NCBI GenBank assembly: GCA_004212155.1
Contig: RXIG01000008.1
Location: forward strand, 1 to 64,000
DNA: 64,000 nt
From: an archaeon
Lineage (GTDB): Archaea; Methanobacteriota_B; Thermococci; Methanofastidiosales; NM3
Direction of reading: 5' to 3'
The notes under the pieces are model-generated. The model was not told where the DNA came from. It worked only from the letters and a program-made list of their open reading frames with translations, and did not search any database. Shown here one piece after another: positions 48,513 through 58,248 of the stretch (within the stretch, counting starts at the first letter, position 1; every line of letters begins with the position of its first letter). The position numbers were made by a program, and so were the translations under genes.

Positions 48513-49277
48513 ATGATACTCATCAAGGCAGGCGGGTCGGCGATCACGGACAAGAAGGTGCCCTTCTCGATTAAGGATGAGGCGCTCGCCGAGCTTGCGG
48601 CCGCGCTTCGCGACACGGAAGAAGACGTCGTGCTCTGCCACGGGGGCGGTTCGTTCGGACACCCGCTGGCCGCACGCTACGATGTGTGCGGCGCCATCAC
48701 GTCAAAGACGCAGCGCGAGGGCGTCGCCCGCATCAACGTCGCCATGCGCACGCTCTCAAACAGGGTCTGCGAGGCGCTCAACGAGGGGGGCGTCAACGCG
48801 TTCGCGCTCCAGACAAGCGCGGTGATGACCACGCGCGAGGGCATCATCGACTGGAGCAACGACGACCTGATACGCCAGACCGTGCAGAAGGGATTCGTGC
48901 CGGTGCTCTACGGCGACGCCGTCCATGATGCGGCGCTTTCGTTTTCCATCCTCTCGGGCGACCAGATCATGCTCCATCTCGCACGCACATTTCCCGGAAG
49001 CAGGGCGATCTTCCTAACCGACGTCGGAGGCATCTACACCACCGACCCGAAAGAGGATGCTGATGCGCAACGCATCGACCACGTGACGTTCGGACGCCTG
49101 CCCTTCATCGAGGCGGGCGGGTCGGGCGACGTTACCGGCGGCATGCGGGGCAAGCTCAATGAGATAGCGAGATTTGGGGACGCCGTCGAGATGGTCGACA
49201 TCATCGGGCTCGGCGAGCCGGGCGCGCTGGCGCGCACGCTCAGGGGCGAGCATGTGGGCACGCGCATCACGCGATGA
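48513..49277 (+). CDS. ipk: Isopentenyl phosphate kinase
   Basis: KAGGSAITDK, HGGGSFGH, VPVLYGD, ILSGD, DVTGGM..KL. Confidence 0.92.
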   Translation: MILIKAGGSAITDKKVPFSIKDEALAELAAALRDTEEDVVLCHGGGSFGHPLAARYDVCGAITSKTQREGVARINVAMRTLSNRVCEALNEGGVNAFALQTSAVMTTREGIIDWSNDDLIRQTVQKGFVPVLYGDAVHDAALSFSILSGDQIMLHLARTFPGSRAIFLTDVGGIYTTDPKEDADAQRIDHVTFGRLPFIEAGGSGDVTGGMRGKLNEIARFGDAVEMVDIIGLGEPGALARTLRGEHVGTRITR

Positions 49278-50214
49278 GGCGGATGAGGGCGTACGAGACC
49301 GCGCCCGACAAGAACGGCGTCGCTATCCAACTGCCCACGATGCGCATGATAAAGCGCCTGTTGACCGATGTCGTGCCTTTCGTCAATCCCACCCCTACCA
49401 CGCTTCCTACCGTCGCCTGGCTCAGCGAGACGGGGATGCCTATGAGCGTGCAGGCAAAGACGGTAAACGATGACGAGAACTGGCACACGAACGCCTGCAG
49501 GGGGTCGAGCTGCGTTATCCCCTTCCCGATGGTAAGTATGACGCGCTTTGAGAAGAGGAGCGCACCGATCGCGATGAACAGCGCACCGAGCACGATGGCG
49601 CTCTCGGCGTTCATGACATCCTGGGCCACGAGCGTTCCCACGGCGTTGCCGATGTTGTTTGAGCCGAGCGAGAACGAAACGAGGATGCCAGACCCCGCAA
49701 CGAGTAGCGCAATGAAGCGCTCGTAAGTATACGCCCTTTGTTTGAAGAGGCGTGAGAACACGCCCCTGTAGAAGAAAAACGACAGAAACGACATGGCGGC
49801 TGAGAAGAAAGGAAGCAGCGTCCAGACGACGGCGATGTCAAAGAGCACCGACGAGTTGAGGGCAAGGCCTGTTGCAAGCCCCGTTCCCGCCAGGGCGCCC
49901 ACCACCGACTGCGTTGCCGAGACGGGAAAGCTCAGATACGTTGCTATCGCAACGGCGCTTGCGGCGCACGTGAGTGCGACAGAGAGCGTCAGGAGCTCAA
50001 GCGAGGACGTGTCAAGGAGCCCCCTTCCCACCGTGTCGATCGTGTTGCTTCCCGCAAGGAGCGCACCGGCGACGACGGAGACGCCAGCTAGCGCCGTCGC
50101 CTTGCGGTACGAGAGGATGTTGGCCCCCACCGTCGTACCGATGGCGTTGGCTATGTCGTTTGCCCCGATCGTTGCTGCGATGAACATGCTTGCAGCTATC
50201 AACGCCAGTTCCAT
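49267..50214 (-). CDS. Inorganic phosphate transporter (PiT family)
   Basis: GANDIANA and GSNNIGNA signature repeats; PVS.Q..VG. Confidence 0.92.
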   Translation of the reverse strand: MELALIAASMFIAATIGANDIANAIGTTVGANILSYRKATALAGVSVVAGALLAGSNTIDTVGRGLLDTSSLELLTLSVALTCAASAVAIATYLSFPVSATQSVVGALAGTGLATGLALNSSVLFDIAVVWTLLPFFSAAMSFLSFFFYRGVFSRLFKQRAYTYERFIALLVAGSGILVSFSLGSNNIGNAVGTLVAQDVMNAESAIVLGALFIAIGALLFSKRVILTIGKGITQLDPLQAFVCQFSSSFTVFACTLIGIPVSLSQATVGSVVGVGLTKGTTSVNRRFIMRIVGSWIATPFLSGAVSYALIRLIA

Positions 50215-50392
50215 GGAGATCCCGTCCTTACCTACAATGGCGGACAGATACATAAATATTGTGAGCGCTTTGCCATACTTCGCCGCGCATATGAGAGAGG
50301 TCGGGGCGAGAACGCATGTGTCGACACCCCACGGGAAAAACAAATACAAATATATATAAACATGCCGCGCAAGACATTTCTTGGTGATTATA

Positions 50393-51082
50393 ATGGAACA
50401 AGGGAAAGATTTTGATTACGAAGTATTGAAGAGTCCGGCATACACCTTGCTGCAGGTCAACCTCAAGAGCGGCCAGTCCATCAAGGCGGAGGCGGGTGCC
50501 ATGGTCTCGATGTCTGCCAACTGCACCGTGCAAACGGGTATGCAGGGAGGCATGTTCGGTGCGTTCAAGCGCAAGGCGCTTGGAGGCGAGTCGTTCTTCC
50601 AGAACACGTTCACGGCTGAGAACGGCCCGGGCGAGATCACGCTGGCACCAGGGTATCCAGGCGACATACAGTGCATCCCGATGGAAGGCGAAAGGTGGAT
50701 GATGCAGTCGGGAGCGTTCCTTGCATCGACCCCCGACATGACACTTGACACCAAGTTCCAGGGGCTGCGGGGCATGGTATCGCGCGAGGGGCTCTTCTTC
50801 CTCAAGGCGGAAGGCAGGGGCGACCTCTTCGTCTCGGCGTTTGGCGCGCTCATCAAGCGCGAGCTTGCCGGCGAGATGATCATCGACACCGGGCACCTCG
50901 TGGGATTCTCCGAATCCATCGACTACGAGGTCAAAAAGATCGGGGGGCTCAAGTCGACGTTCCTCTCGGGTGAAGGGCTCGTGCTCAAGCTCAAAGGGCA
51001 CGGCAACGTCTACCTGCAGACGAGGAACCCGACGGCGTTTGGCAGCTGGCTCGTTCCGTTCCTTCCCAACAAGAATCAGTAA
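50393..51082 (+). CDS. AIM24 / TIGR00266 family protein
   Basis: AEAGAMVSM, GGESFF.N.F, EGLF, IDTGHLV, SGEGLV. Confidence 0.92.
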   Translation: MEQGKDFDYEVLKSPAYTLLQVNLKSGQSIKAEAGAMVSMSANCTVQTGMQGGMFGAFKRKALGGESFFQNTFTAENGPGEITLAPGYPGDIQCIPMEGERWMMQSGAFLASTPDMTLDTKFQGLRGMVSREGLFFLKAEGRGDLFVSAFGALIKRELAGEMIIDTGHLVGFSESIDYEVKKIGGLKSTFLSGEGLVLKLKGHGNVYLQTRNPTAFGSWLVPFLPNKNQ

Positions 51083-51118
51083 GTCACCAGATGGTGACTC
51101 TCTTTTTTCTTCTGTTTT
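51082..51118 (+). terminator. Hairpin plus T-tract terminator
   Basis: AGTCACC-AGAT-GGTGACT followed by CTCTTTTTTCTTCTGTTTT. Confidence 0.6.
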
Positions 51119-51564
51119 CAGTTCTCTAATTCATAGATTTTTTTTCTTTCTTAAAACGTAAAATGAAAGAGTAAGATCATTGAAGATTCATTCATATCAA
51201 TTTACATACGTGGACCTAATCAGGGAGGGACTGTCAGTATAGTCACCACAATATTTGACGATGACACAAAACGAAGTGCGTATCGCTTTAAGCCCGTGCA
51301 CATCGGCATCCACCTTTACCTTCCATCGTCTGACAGAATGAAAAAAGCAATATGGCTCGAAGGCAAAAACAACTTTGGTTTCTGCATCAACTAGCGGTCG
51401 TTTGTGAATCGAGCTAAAAATACCGGGACATGAAGGCGTATCATCATTGCAGAGACATTACATTGAGTTTTTATATGAGTCAGGGATAAGTTTTTTAATC
51501 TAATTTTAGTAAATTATATAGTTATTCATAAAAATAAAATAAGTATTATTTGGGGTGATAAATA

Positions 51565-53787
51565 ATGAAACGAATTAATATTATTTTCTCTTATGCTTTT
51601 ATTTTCATTCTGCTATCTGCTTTGTTCGCTTTCTCGCCTGTTTCAGCAGCCGCAACGATAACACTCTCGCCCAGCGGGGGAGATGATACTGCGGCGATCC
51701 ATGCTGCCATAGACGACATCGATGAAGGGGGTACAATATATTTTGAAGGCGGCACCTTCTACGCCAACATCGTGATCAATGATCCTGGGAAGTCATTCTC
51801 GCTCGTGGGCGCCGGTGCGGGCTCTACCATACTTGATGGTGAAGACAACGGTTCCATCCTTCGTATCGAATACACGGGCGATTGCGCTGTTACGGTTGAG
51901 GGATTCACCATTACCAATGGAAGCGGCACGATAGATAATGATTATAGCTTTAATATGAATGGTGGTGGAATATACATCTATCAATCAAAAGCCGTCGTAT
52001 CCAACTGCATTTTCATTGAAAATTATACAAATTCATACGGTGGTGGACTATACTCCCACGAATCAGACGTAGCCCTGAACAACTGCACGTTCGAGGATAA
52101 TACAGCGGGGAGTTATGGCGGTGGCATTGATATCGACTATTCATCCACTATTGTTAACAACTGTACGTTCTTGAACAATGATAGTGGCGATTATGCGGGA
52201 GGAATGGATATTTACTACTCGAAAGCCACGGTCACTAACAGCACGTTCGAGAATAATTACGCTGACTACGGTGGCGGAGTATATGTTTATGGCATGTATG
52301 AAAACACCACAGAGGGCGCAATTGACACGTCTTTAGCATCATCGTCTGGTAAACGTAGAGATACAGGTTCTGTATACCCCCTGGGCGAAGTGTTGGGTAC
52401 AAACAGCGATGCCGGCAGTGTCTTTACCGATTGTACTTTCAAAGAAAACGATGCTGAATATGGCGGCGGCATGTACAACGATTACGAAGCCATCATTTCA
52501 ATTGCCACCTGCACGTTTGAGGAGAACAGTGCCTATTACAACGGGGGGGGAATTGAAAACTATGATACGTATAGCGTGAACATAGACAACTGCCTGTTCA
52601 CCGGGAACTATACGGAGTCTGGCAACGGCGGCGGCATGCACAACTGTGGCGCCAGCCTCGTCGTGAGCACCTGTATATTCGAGTATAATGTTGCCGAATA
52701 CCAAGGCGGAGGCATGATGAACGGTGACTATTCAGAGCCGATCGTTACTGATTGCATCTTTCGATTCAACGAAGCGTACTACCAAGGTGGTGGGGGCATG
52801 ATGAACGCCGGTGGGGCGGCCCCTCACGTCATCTCTTGCACGTTCACGAACAACTGGGCGGAAAACCGCGGCGGTGGGATGTATAATGCAGGTTCCACAG
52901 GTGCTACGCCCATCGTTACCGATTGCATATTCTCTTACAACGAGGCAGGCTGGCGCGGAGCTGGTATGGATAATCATGGCTACAGCGAACCGTACGTCAC
53001 CAACTGCGTATTTGTTGGAAATGTCGTGATTGGTGAGCCACATTCAAATGCCATTGCTTCGATGGGCGATGAAGTCCCCATGGAAAGTGCCGGGGGCGGC
53101 GGTATGTTCAATGGGTATTCATGCGTGCCGACAGTAATCAATTGCACGTTCACGCAAAACTCCATACCGTACTACAGTTCTGGGGGGACCTATGATGGCG
53201 AGAACGGCGGAGGTGTGAAGTTCAACACATCGTACACATCGACGTTTACCAACTGCGTTATCTGGGGGAACTTCTGCGGTGACAATCCGAACGAAGTCCT
53301 TGATACCAACGGGGACTATGCGCTCATCACGTACTCCAACGTCGGCGGCGGCTGGCCCGGCGAGGGCAACATCGACGCAGACCCGCTCTTTGTCAACGCA
53401 CCAACTGACGTCGCGCTCCGCTCTGGCTCGCCCTGCATCGACGCCGGCACCGACATGAGCCCCGACGTGGTCGACGATATCCTCGGCGTTGCCAGGCCGC
53501 AGTACCGCGCATATGACATGGGTGCCTATGAATATGTGGCAAAGAGCACCTGGTCGCCCGTCTCGATCATGCCACTTGCGCGAACGCAGCTGGCATATGT
53601 CCTTGAGGAATGGAACGCGCTGTCCGAGCAGCTGCCCGAGGAGCCAAGCGACGAGATGACCGAGCTCATCGAGCGCATCCAGGAACATATGGGAAACGCG
53701 ACAGGACTGGCAAATCCAATCTACGCATCTGGCGAGCTTGCAAAGGCGCTCTCGCTCATGGGCGAGCTATCGGCGCTCATGGCATAA
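51565..53787 (+). CDS. Secreted right-handed beta-helix (Pmp-like GGG/FxxN repeats) protein with conserved C-terminal helical domain; paralog of 3309..4673
   Basis: Signal peptide; many C.F..N.A..GGGM.N repeats; DPLFVNAP..SPCIDAG..YDMGAYEY; shared C-terminus. Confidence 0.88.
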   Translation: MKRINIIFSYAFIFILLSALFAFSPVSAAATITLSPSGGDDTAAIHAAIDDIDEGGTIYFEGGTFYANIVINDPGKSFSLVGAGAGSTILDGEDNGSILRIEYTGDCAVTVEGFTITNGSGTIDNDYSFNMNGGGIYIYQSKAVVSNCIFIENYTNSYGGGLYSHESDVALNNCTFEDNTAGSYGGGIDIDYSSTIVNNCTFLNNDSGDYAGGMDIYYSKATVTNSTFENNYADYGGGVYVYGMYENTTEGAIDTSLASSSGKRRDTGSVYPLGEVLGTNSDAGSVFTDCTFKENDAEYGGGMYNDYEAIISIATCTFEENSAYYNGGGIENYDTYSVNIDNCLFTGNYTESGNGGGMHNCGASLVVSTCIFEYNVAEYQGGGMMNGDYSEPIVTDCIFRFNEAYYQGGGGMMNAGGAAPHVISCTFTNNWAENRGGGMYNAGSTGATPIVTDCIFSYNEAGWRGAGMDNHGYSEPYVTNCVFVGNVVIGEPHSNAIASMGDEVPMESAGGGGMFNGYSCVPTVINCTFTQNSIPYYSSGGTYDGENGGGVKFNTSYTSTFTNCVIWGNFCGDNPNEVLDTNGDYALITYSNVGGGWPGEGNIDADPLFVNAPTDVALRSGSPCIDAGTDMSPDVVDDILGVARPQYRAYDMGAYEYVAKSTWSPVSIMPLARTQLAYVLEEWNALSEQLPEEPSDEMTELIERIQEHMGNATGLANPIYASGELAKALSLMGELSALMA

Positions 53788-53796
53788 CGGACCAAC

Positions 53797-53830
53797 GCAG
53801 TCCTTTTGGACTGCTATCTTCTCTTTTATA
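53797..53830 (+). terminator. Hairpin plus T-rich terminator
   Basis: GCAGTCC-TTTT-GGACTGC followed by TATCTTCTCTTTT. Confidence 0.55.
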
Positions 53831-53970
53831 TCTGGTCTTGAAAGATCTGTTTCTTCTTTATCATGCCACTGTATGAATCCAATGTTTTTAAAATGGAAAT
53901 AAAAAGTTCTTCGATAAAAATAAGCATGAAACGACTTTAAAATAAATAAAAAAATATTTTTGTAGAAATA

Positions 53971-54759
53971 TCAATCCTTTTCTATCGCATCGATAAGCGT
54001 GAGCTGGTGCGCGCCGATGCACTTGTTGTAATCGAGCTGCGCCTCGACACCGTAGACGTCGCGGATGTTGTCGGGCGTGAGCACCTCCTCTGACGCACCG
54101 CACGAATGGACGCCGCCGTCCTTGAGCAAGAGCAACCGGTCGCAGTAGCGAAGCGAGAGGTTGAGGTTGTGGGATATGATAATCACGACCATGTTGTGTT
54201 CGACGGCAAGGGAGCGCACGAGCTTCATGACCTCGAACTGGTGATTGATGTCAAGCTGTGACGTGGGCTCGTCGAGGAGGAGGACCCGCGGCTCCTGCGC
54301 GAGCGCGCGGGCGATGATCACGCGTTGAAGCTCGCCGCCTGAAAGTTGCGATATCGGCCGCTCAAAGAGATGATCGATCGATGTGAGCCTCATCGACTCG
54401 CGGACGATCGAGATGTCGTGGGCGCCCTCGCGCTGGAATCGGCCCAGGTGCGGGATGCGCCCCATCATGACGACGTCAAAGACGGAAAACGGGAACGTGA
54501 GCGTCGTCGACTGGGGAACGACGCCAAAGACCCTCGCGATACGGGAACGGTCCCATACCGTGACATCCTCGCCATCGAGCGTGATGGCACCGCCCTGGGG
54601 ACTGAGAACGAGGCGCAGGCACCGAAGCAGCGTCGTCTTGCCCGAGCCGTTGGGGCCAACGATGCCAAACACCTCGCCGCTATGCGCGGAAAACGAGACG
54701 TCGCGCAGCACTTTTTTGGTGGGAAACGAGAAGTTGAGGGACGAGACTGAAAGTTTCAT
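53971..54759 (-). CDS. Cobalamin/iron-chelate ABC transporter ATPase (BtuD/FepC-like)
   Basis: GPNGSGKTT, LSGGE.QR, LLLDEPT. Confidence 0.92.
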   Translation of the reverse strand: MKLSVSSLNFSFPTKKVLRDVSFSAHSGEVFGIVGPNGSGKTTLLRCLRLVLSPQGGAITLDGEDVTVWDRSRIARVFGVVPQSTTLTFPFSVFDVVMMGRIPHLGRFQREGAHDISIVRESMRLTSIDHLFERPISQLSGGELQRVIIARALAQEPRVLLLDEPTSQLDINHQFEVMKLVRSLAVEHNMVVIIISHNLNLSLRYCDRLLLLKDGGVHSCGASEEVLTPDNIRDVYGVEAQLDYNKCIGAHQLTLIDAIEKD

Positions 54760-54762
54760 TTT

Positions 54763-55824
54763 TTACCACCCCATGCGCTCCTTGCGCTTTCGCAGGAGAT
54801 AAAGGAAGAACGGCACGCCGAAAAGCGACGTGATGATGCCGACGGGAAGCTCGGCAGGCATGATGATCGTGCGCGCCAGCGTGTCGGTGAGGATCAAAAA
54901 GATCCCGCCAACCAAGACGGAGGCGGGGATGAGGATCTTGTGGTCGGGCCCGACGAAGATGCGGGCGATGTGGGGGATGATGAGGCCGACAAAGCCGATG
55001 ACGCCCGAGACGGCAACGCAGGCGCCCACGGTAAACGCGGTGAGCACGAGTATGATACGCTTGGTCGATTCGACCTTGATGCCGAGGTCGGTCGCGTTCT
55101 CCTCGCCAAGCAGCATGGCGTTGAGCTCGCGGGAGAGCACGTAGAAGAGCGGGACAGCGACGACTATGAGGGGAAGCGTCACCGCGACCTTGTCCCACGT
55201 CGACGCCCAGAGCCCGCCCATCATCCAGAAGACGATGCGCTCGAGCTGCTGGTCGGCAAAGTAGAGCATGAGGGAGACGAGGGCCGAGAAGAACGACGAG
55301 AGCGCGATGCCTGAAAGGAGGAGCGTCTCTGTTGGCACCTTGTTGTTGACCCGCGATATCATGTAGACGAAAAAGACGGTAAGCGTCGCGAAAAGAAACG
55401 CGAAGAACGGCAGGAAGATATAGGCAAGACCGAGATTGACAGCAAGAGCCGCACCGAACGCGCCCCCCGATGAGAGGCCGCAGACGTAAGGGGACGCCAT
55501 GGGATTGCGAAAGAGACCCTGCATGGCACATCCTGAGACGGCCAGGCCCATCCCGACAAGCATACCGAGCAGCACGCGCGGGAGGCGGACGTCCATCACG
55601 ATGGAAGTGTACGAGTGGGGCCACGTCTGCATGACAGAGTCGCCCACGCGCGGTATCTGCATCCAGAAGATGTGCAGGATCGTTGACGGCGAGATCGATA
55701 CCGGTCCGACCATGATGCCGAGGACTGCAACGGCGAACAAAGAAAGGATGAGGCCCACCATGACGGTGAGCCGATACATCCGTACGCTATGGAAGTACGC
55801 TTCGATATCCTGCATCACGTTCAC
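54763..55824 (-). CDS. Cobalamin/iron-chelate ABC transporter permease (BtuC/FecCD)
   Basis: RLPRV, Q.LFRNPMASP, LGEE.A..LG, GVIGFVGLIIPH. Confidence 0.93.
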   Translation of the reverse strand: MNVMQDIEAYFHSVRMYRLTVMVGLILSLFAVAVLGIMVGPVSISPSTILHIFWMQIPRVGDSVMQTWPHSYTSIVMDVRLPRVLLGMLVGMGLAVSGCAMQGLFRNPMASPYVCGLSSGGAFGAALAVNLGLAYIFLPFFAFLFATLTVFFVYMISRVNNKVPTETLLLSGIALSSFFSALVSLMLYFADQQLERIVFWMMGGLWASTWDKVAVTLPLIVVAVPLFYVLSRELNAMLLGEENATDLGIKVESTKRIILVLTAFTVGACVAVSGVIGFVGLIIPHIARIFVGPDHKILIPASVLVGGIFLILTDTLARTIIMPAELPVGIITSLFGVPFFLYLLRKRKERMGW

Positions 55825-57116
55825 TCGAAGTACTCAGGATAAAACCATTTCGCCAGCTGCTCGAGCCCGAGCACGAGACGGGGGTTCGATGTGACCATGT
55901 CGCTCTCGACGGCATAGACCCTGTCGTTGGCAACAGCGGATATCTGGTCCCATCCGCTGCGCGCCTTGATCTCCTCGACGGATGCGCCATACGAGAGCAC
56001 TACGATGACGTCGGGGTCCTCCTGGATGATCCACTCGCTTGAGAGCACCGGGTAGCGCGACTCCTCGTCTGCTGCGATGTTGATGCCGCCTGCCATCTCG
56101 ATGAGCTCGCCGGTGAACGTGTCGGCGTTGAGGCTCTTGAACGGTTGGGACGTCTCGTAGAAGACCGTGGGTCGGTCCTCGACAGGGATCGTGTCCACGT
56201 AGTCGGTGATCTCCGATATGCGCGCCTGCATGTCGCCGATGACTTCCTGTGCGTTCTCCTCGAAGCCAAGGATCGTGCCGAAGAGCCCGATCTCATCGTA
56301 GATGTCGCTGACCGAGGCGGGATTTATCGCCATCACGTTGATGCCGCGCTGCTCGATGTTCTCGATGGCATCGCCGTAGAAGTACCATATGACGACGAGG
56401 TCGGGCTCGAGCTCGATGAGCTTTTCCATGTCAAGCGACGACCCGCTCCCGAGATTAGGAAGGCTGGCGACCTCCTCGGGGTACGTGCTGTACTTGTCGA
56501 CGCCGACGACCTTCTCGCCCGCACCGATGGCAAACATCACCTCTGTGGCGGAGCTTGCAAGCGACACCACGCGCTCGGGCACCTTCCCTATGGTGACCTC
56601 GCGGCCGGCGCCGTCCTCGAACGTGTAGTCGATATAGGTCTCCTCGATCGAAGGCGGCACGAGGACCGCATCGATCACGTGGAGCGTGCCGTTGGTGCAT
56701 TCAATGTCCTGTTCGGTAACAGAGGCCCCCCCTATGGAGAGCGAGCCTGCGGCATTGACCTCGATGTCCTCGCCCTGCAGCGTGGCAAGCGTCTGGGACT
56801 GTGAGATCTTGGATGCCGAGTACGACCCTTCAAGCACGTGATACGTCAATATCTGTTCCAGGAGCGCCGGGTCGGACGCATAGCGCTCGTCTAGAGACTC
56901 GAGCGCGTCGTTGCTTGGCGCAAGAAGGGTGTAGTCTCCCTCCTCGCCAAACACATCATAGAGTCCTGCGGACGTGAGCGCGTCAACGAGCATCGAGAGC
57001 TGCGGGCGCTCCTCGAGCTCATCGGCGATGGTCGTATCGGGGCCGCCCCCGATGCATCCGCCGACAAGTCCCGTCAAGAGGACGATAAGCAAACCAAGTG
57101 TTACAAACTTTTTCAT
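55821..57116 (-). CDS. Lipoprotein substrate-binding protein (BtuF-like) with N-terminal fasciclin (FAS1) domain
   Basis: Lipobox LVGGC; YTLLAPSNDA..ILTYHV..NGTLHVIDAVLVP (FAS1); D..GREV..PERVVSL..EKLIELEPDLV (class III SBP). Confidence 0.9.
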   Translation of the reverse strand: MKKFVTLGLLIVLLTGLVGGCIGGGPDTTIADELEERPQLSMLVDALTSAGLYDVFGEEGDYTLLAPSNDALESLDERYASDPALLEQILTYHVLEGSYSASKISQSQTLATLQGEDIEVNAAGSLSIGGASVTEQDIECTNGTLHVIDAVLVPPSIEETYIDYTFEDGAGREVTIGKVPERVVSLASSATEVMFAIGAGEKVVGVDKYSTYPEEVASLPNLGSGSSLDMEKLIELEPDLVVIWYFYGDAIENIEQRGINVMAINPASVSDIYDEIGLFGTILGFEENAQEVIGDMQARISEITDYVDTIPVEDRPTVFYETSQPFKSLNADTFTGELIEMAGGINIAADEESRYPVLSSEWIIQEDPDVIVVLSYGASVEEIKARSGWDQISAVANDRVYAVESDMVTSNPRLVLGLEQLAKWFYPEYFE

Positions 57117-57393
57117 TGATGTTACCTCCTTGTGATTCATAACACCTTTTGGATACAATATAAATATTTTTCTCAATGGATATGCCATTTTATGGTAAAT
57201 AGTAACACAAAACAAACTAGTTGTTTCAAATAGTAACAAGATTTTGAGAATAATAAATATGAGGGCAGATTCAGCTAATAATATAAAAAGTAACACAAAA
57301 TATAATATTAAAAATAAAACGTGACACGAAGTCGGATGCATGCGCCGCATAGACGATGGCAAGATTTATGTGGTTGCACTGCGAATGTGTGCC

Positions 57394-58248
57394 ATGAACG
57401 TGCTCTTCTGCGGAAACATGAATCACGACATCATACTCGTGGTCCCGCGCTTCCCCGAGTTTCACGAGAAGCTCTCAGTGGAAACGTACTACGAGGGCGA
57501 GGGCGGGTCGGCTGCCAACACGTGCTGGTGGTATGCGGGCCTCGGCGGGAGTGCGCGCATGTGCGGAGCCGTCGGACAGGACGCGCGGGGGGATGCCTGC
57601 GTGCGTTCGCTCGCACACAATGGCGTCGACACGAGCCATGTCGTGCGGGCAGATGCGCCCACCGGTCTCGCCGTCGCCATGTCGTGCGGGCAGGACAAGC
57701 GCATGGTCAAGGTGAACGGCGCCAACGACCATGTGCGCTGCACGCGCGAGGCACTCGGGGACGTCGGCCACCTTCATCTCTCATCGGTGGCAAGAGACGT
57801 GGCAAACGAGGCGATGCGCCTCGCCCGCGACGCGGGCGCCACCGTATCGTGGGACCCTTCGGAGCGTCTCTACGAGGACCTGCTGCCGCTTGTCGACATC
57901 CTCTTCATCAACGAGGACGACCATGCGCGGATGAATGCGAAAGGACACCTGCCTCCGACAGTGGTCGTCACGAAAAATGAAGGTGGCTGTGTCATCAACG
58001 ACACGACCGATGTCCCCTCATACGGATCGGACGCCGTCGACACCACGGGCGCGGGGGATGCGTTCGACGCAGGCTATCTCCACGCACTCCATGCGGGCTG
58101 TGATCCCTGGGAATGTGGCATGTGGGGCGTCGTTTGCGCATCGTTTAATGTCGCGCGCATCGGCGCACGCGACGGGTTCTCAAGCAGGGACGACATCAGC
58201 GCCACCGCACGGCGCATGATCAGGGGCCTGCGTGCATCATCTCGTTGA
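57394..58248 (+). CDS. PfkB family carbohydrate/nucleoside kinase
   Basis: GGSAAN, GAVGQD..G, DTTGAGDAFDAG. Confidence 0.92.
   Translation: MNVLFCGNMNHDIILVVPRFPEFHEKLSVETYYEGEGGSAANTCWWYAGLGGSARMCGAVGQDARGDACVRSLAHNGVDTSHVVRADAPTGLAVAMSCGQDKRMVKVNGANDHVRCTREALGDVGHLHLSSVARDVANEAMRLARDAGATVSWDPSERLYEDLLPLVDILFINEDDHARMNAKGHLPPTVVVTKNEGGCVINDTTDVPSYGSDAVDTTGAGDAFDAGYLHALHAGCDPWECGMWGVVCASFNVARIGARDGFSSRDDISATARRMIRGLRASSR

Noticed and set aside
51165-51394. Open frame of about 75 codons in the AIM24/beta-helix spacer, with ATA some bases after GGAGGG
   Set aside because: No recognisable motif, atypical codon usage, and SD spacing outside the 4-6 nt seen elsewhere; cannot be supported as a gene.
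3309-53787. Inverted paralogous 3' ends as an invertible (phase-variation) segment or DGR template/variable repeat pair
   Set aside because: The copies differ at many synonymous and non-adenine positions, and no recombinase or reverse transcriptase is present in the window.
57117-57340. Cobalamin riboswitch upstream of the BtuF-like operon
   Set aside because: The region is AT-rich with no B12-box or conserved stem pattern visible.
57117-57362. N-terminal extensions in the ORF track (55821..57362, 60245..60733, 60478..60954, 49267..50349, 9842..11044, 21861..23708)
   Set aside because: The extensions run through AT-rich intergenic DNA or neighbouring genes; SD position and family N-termini support the shorter starts used above.
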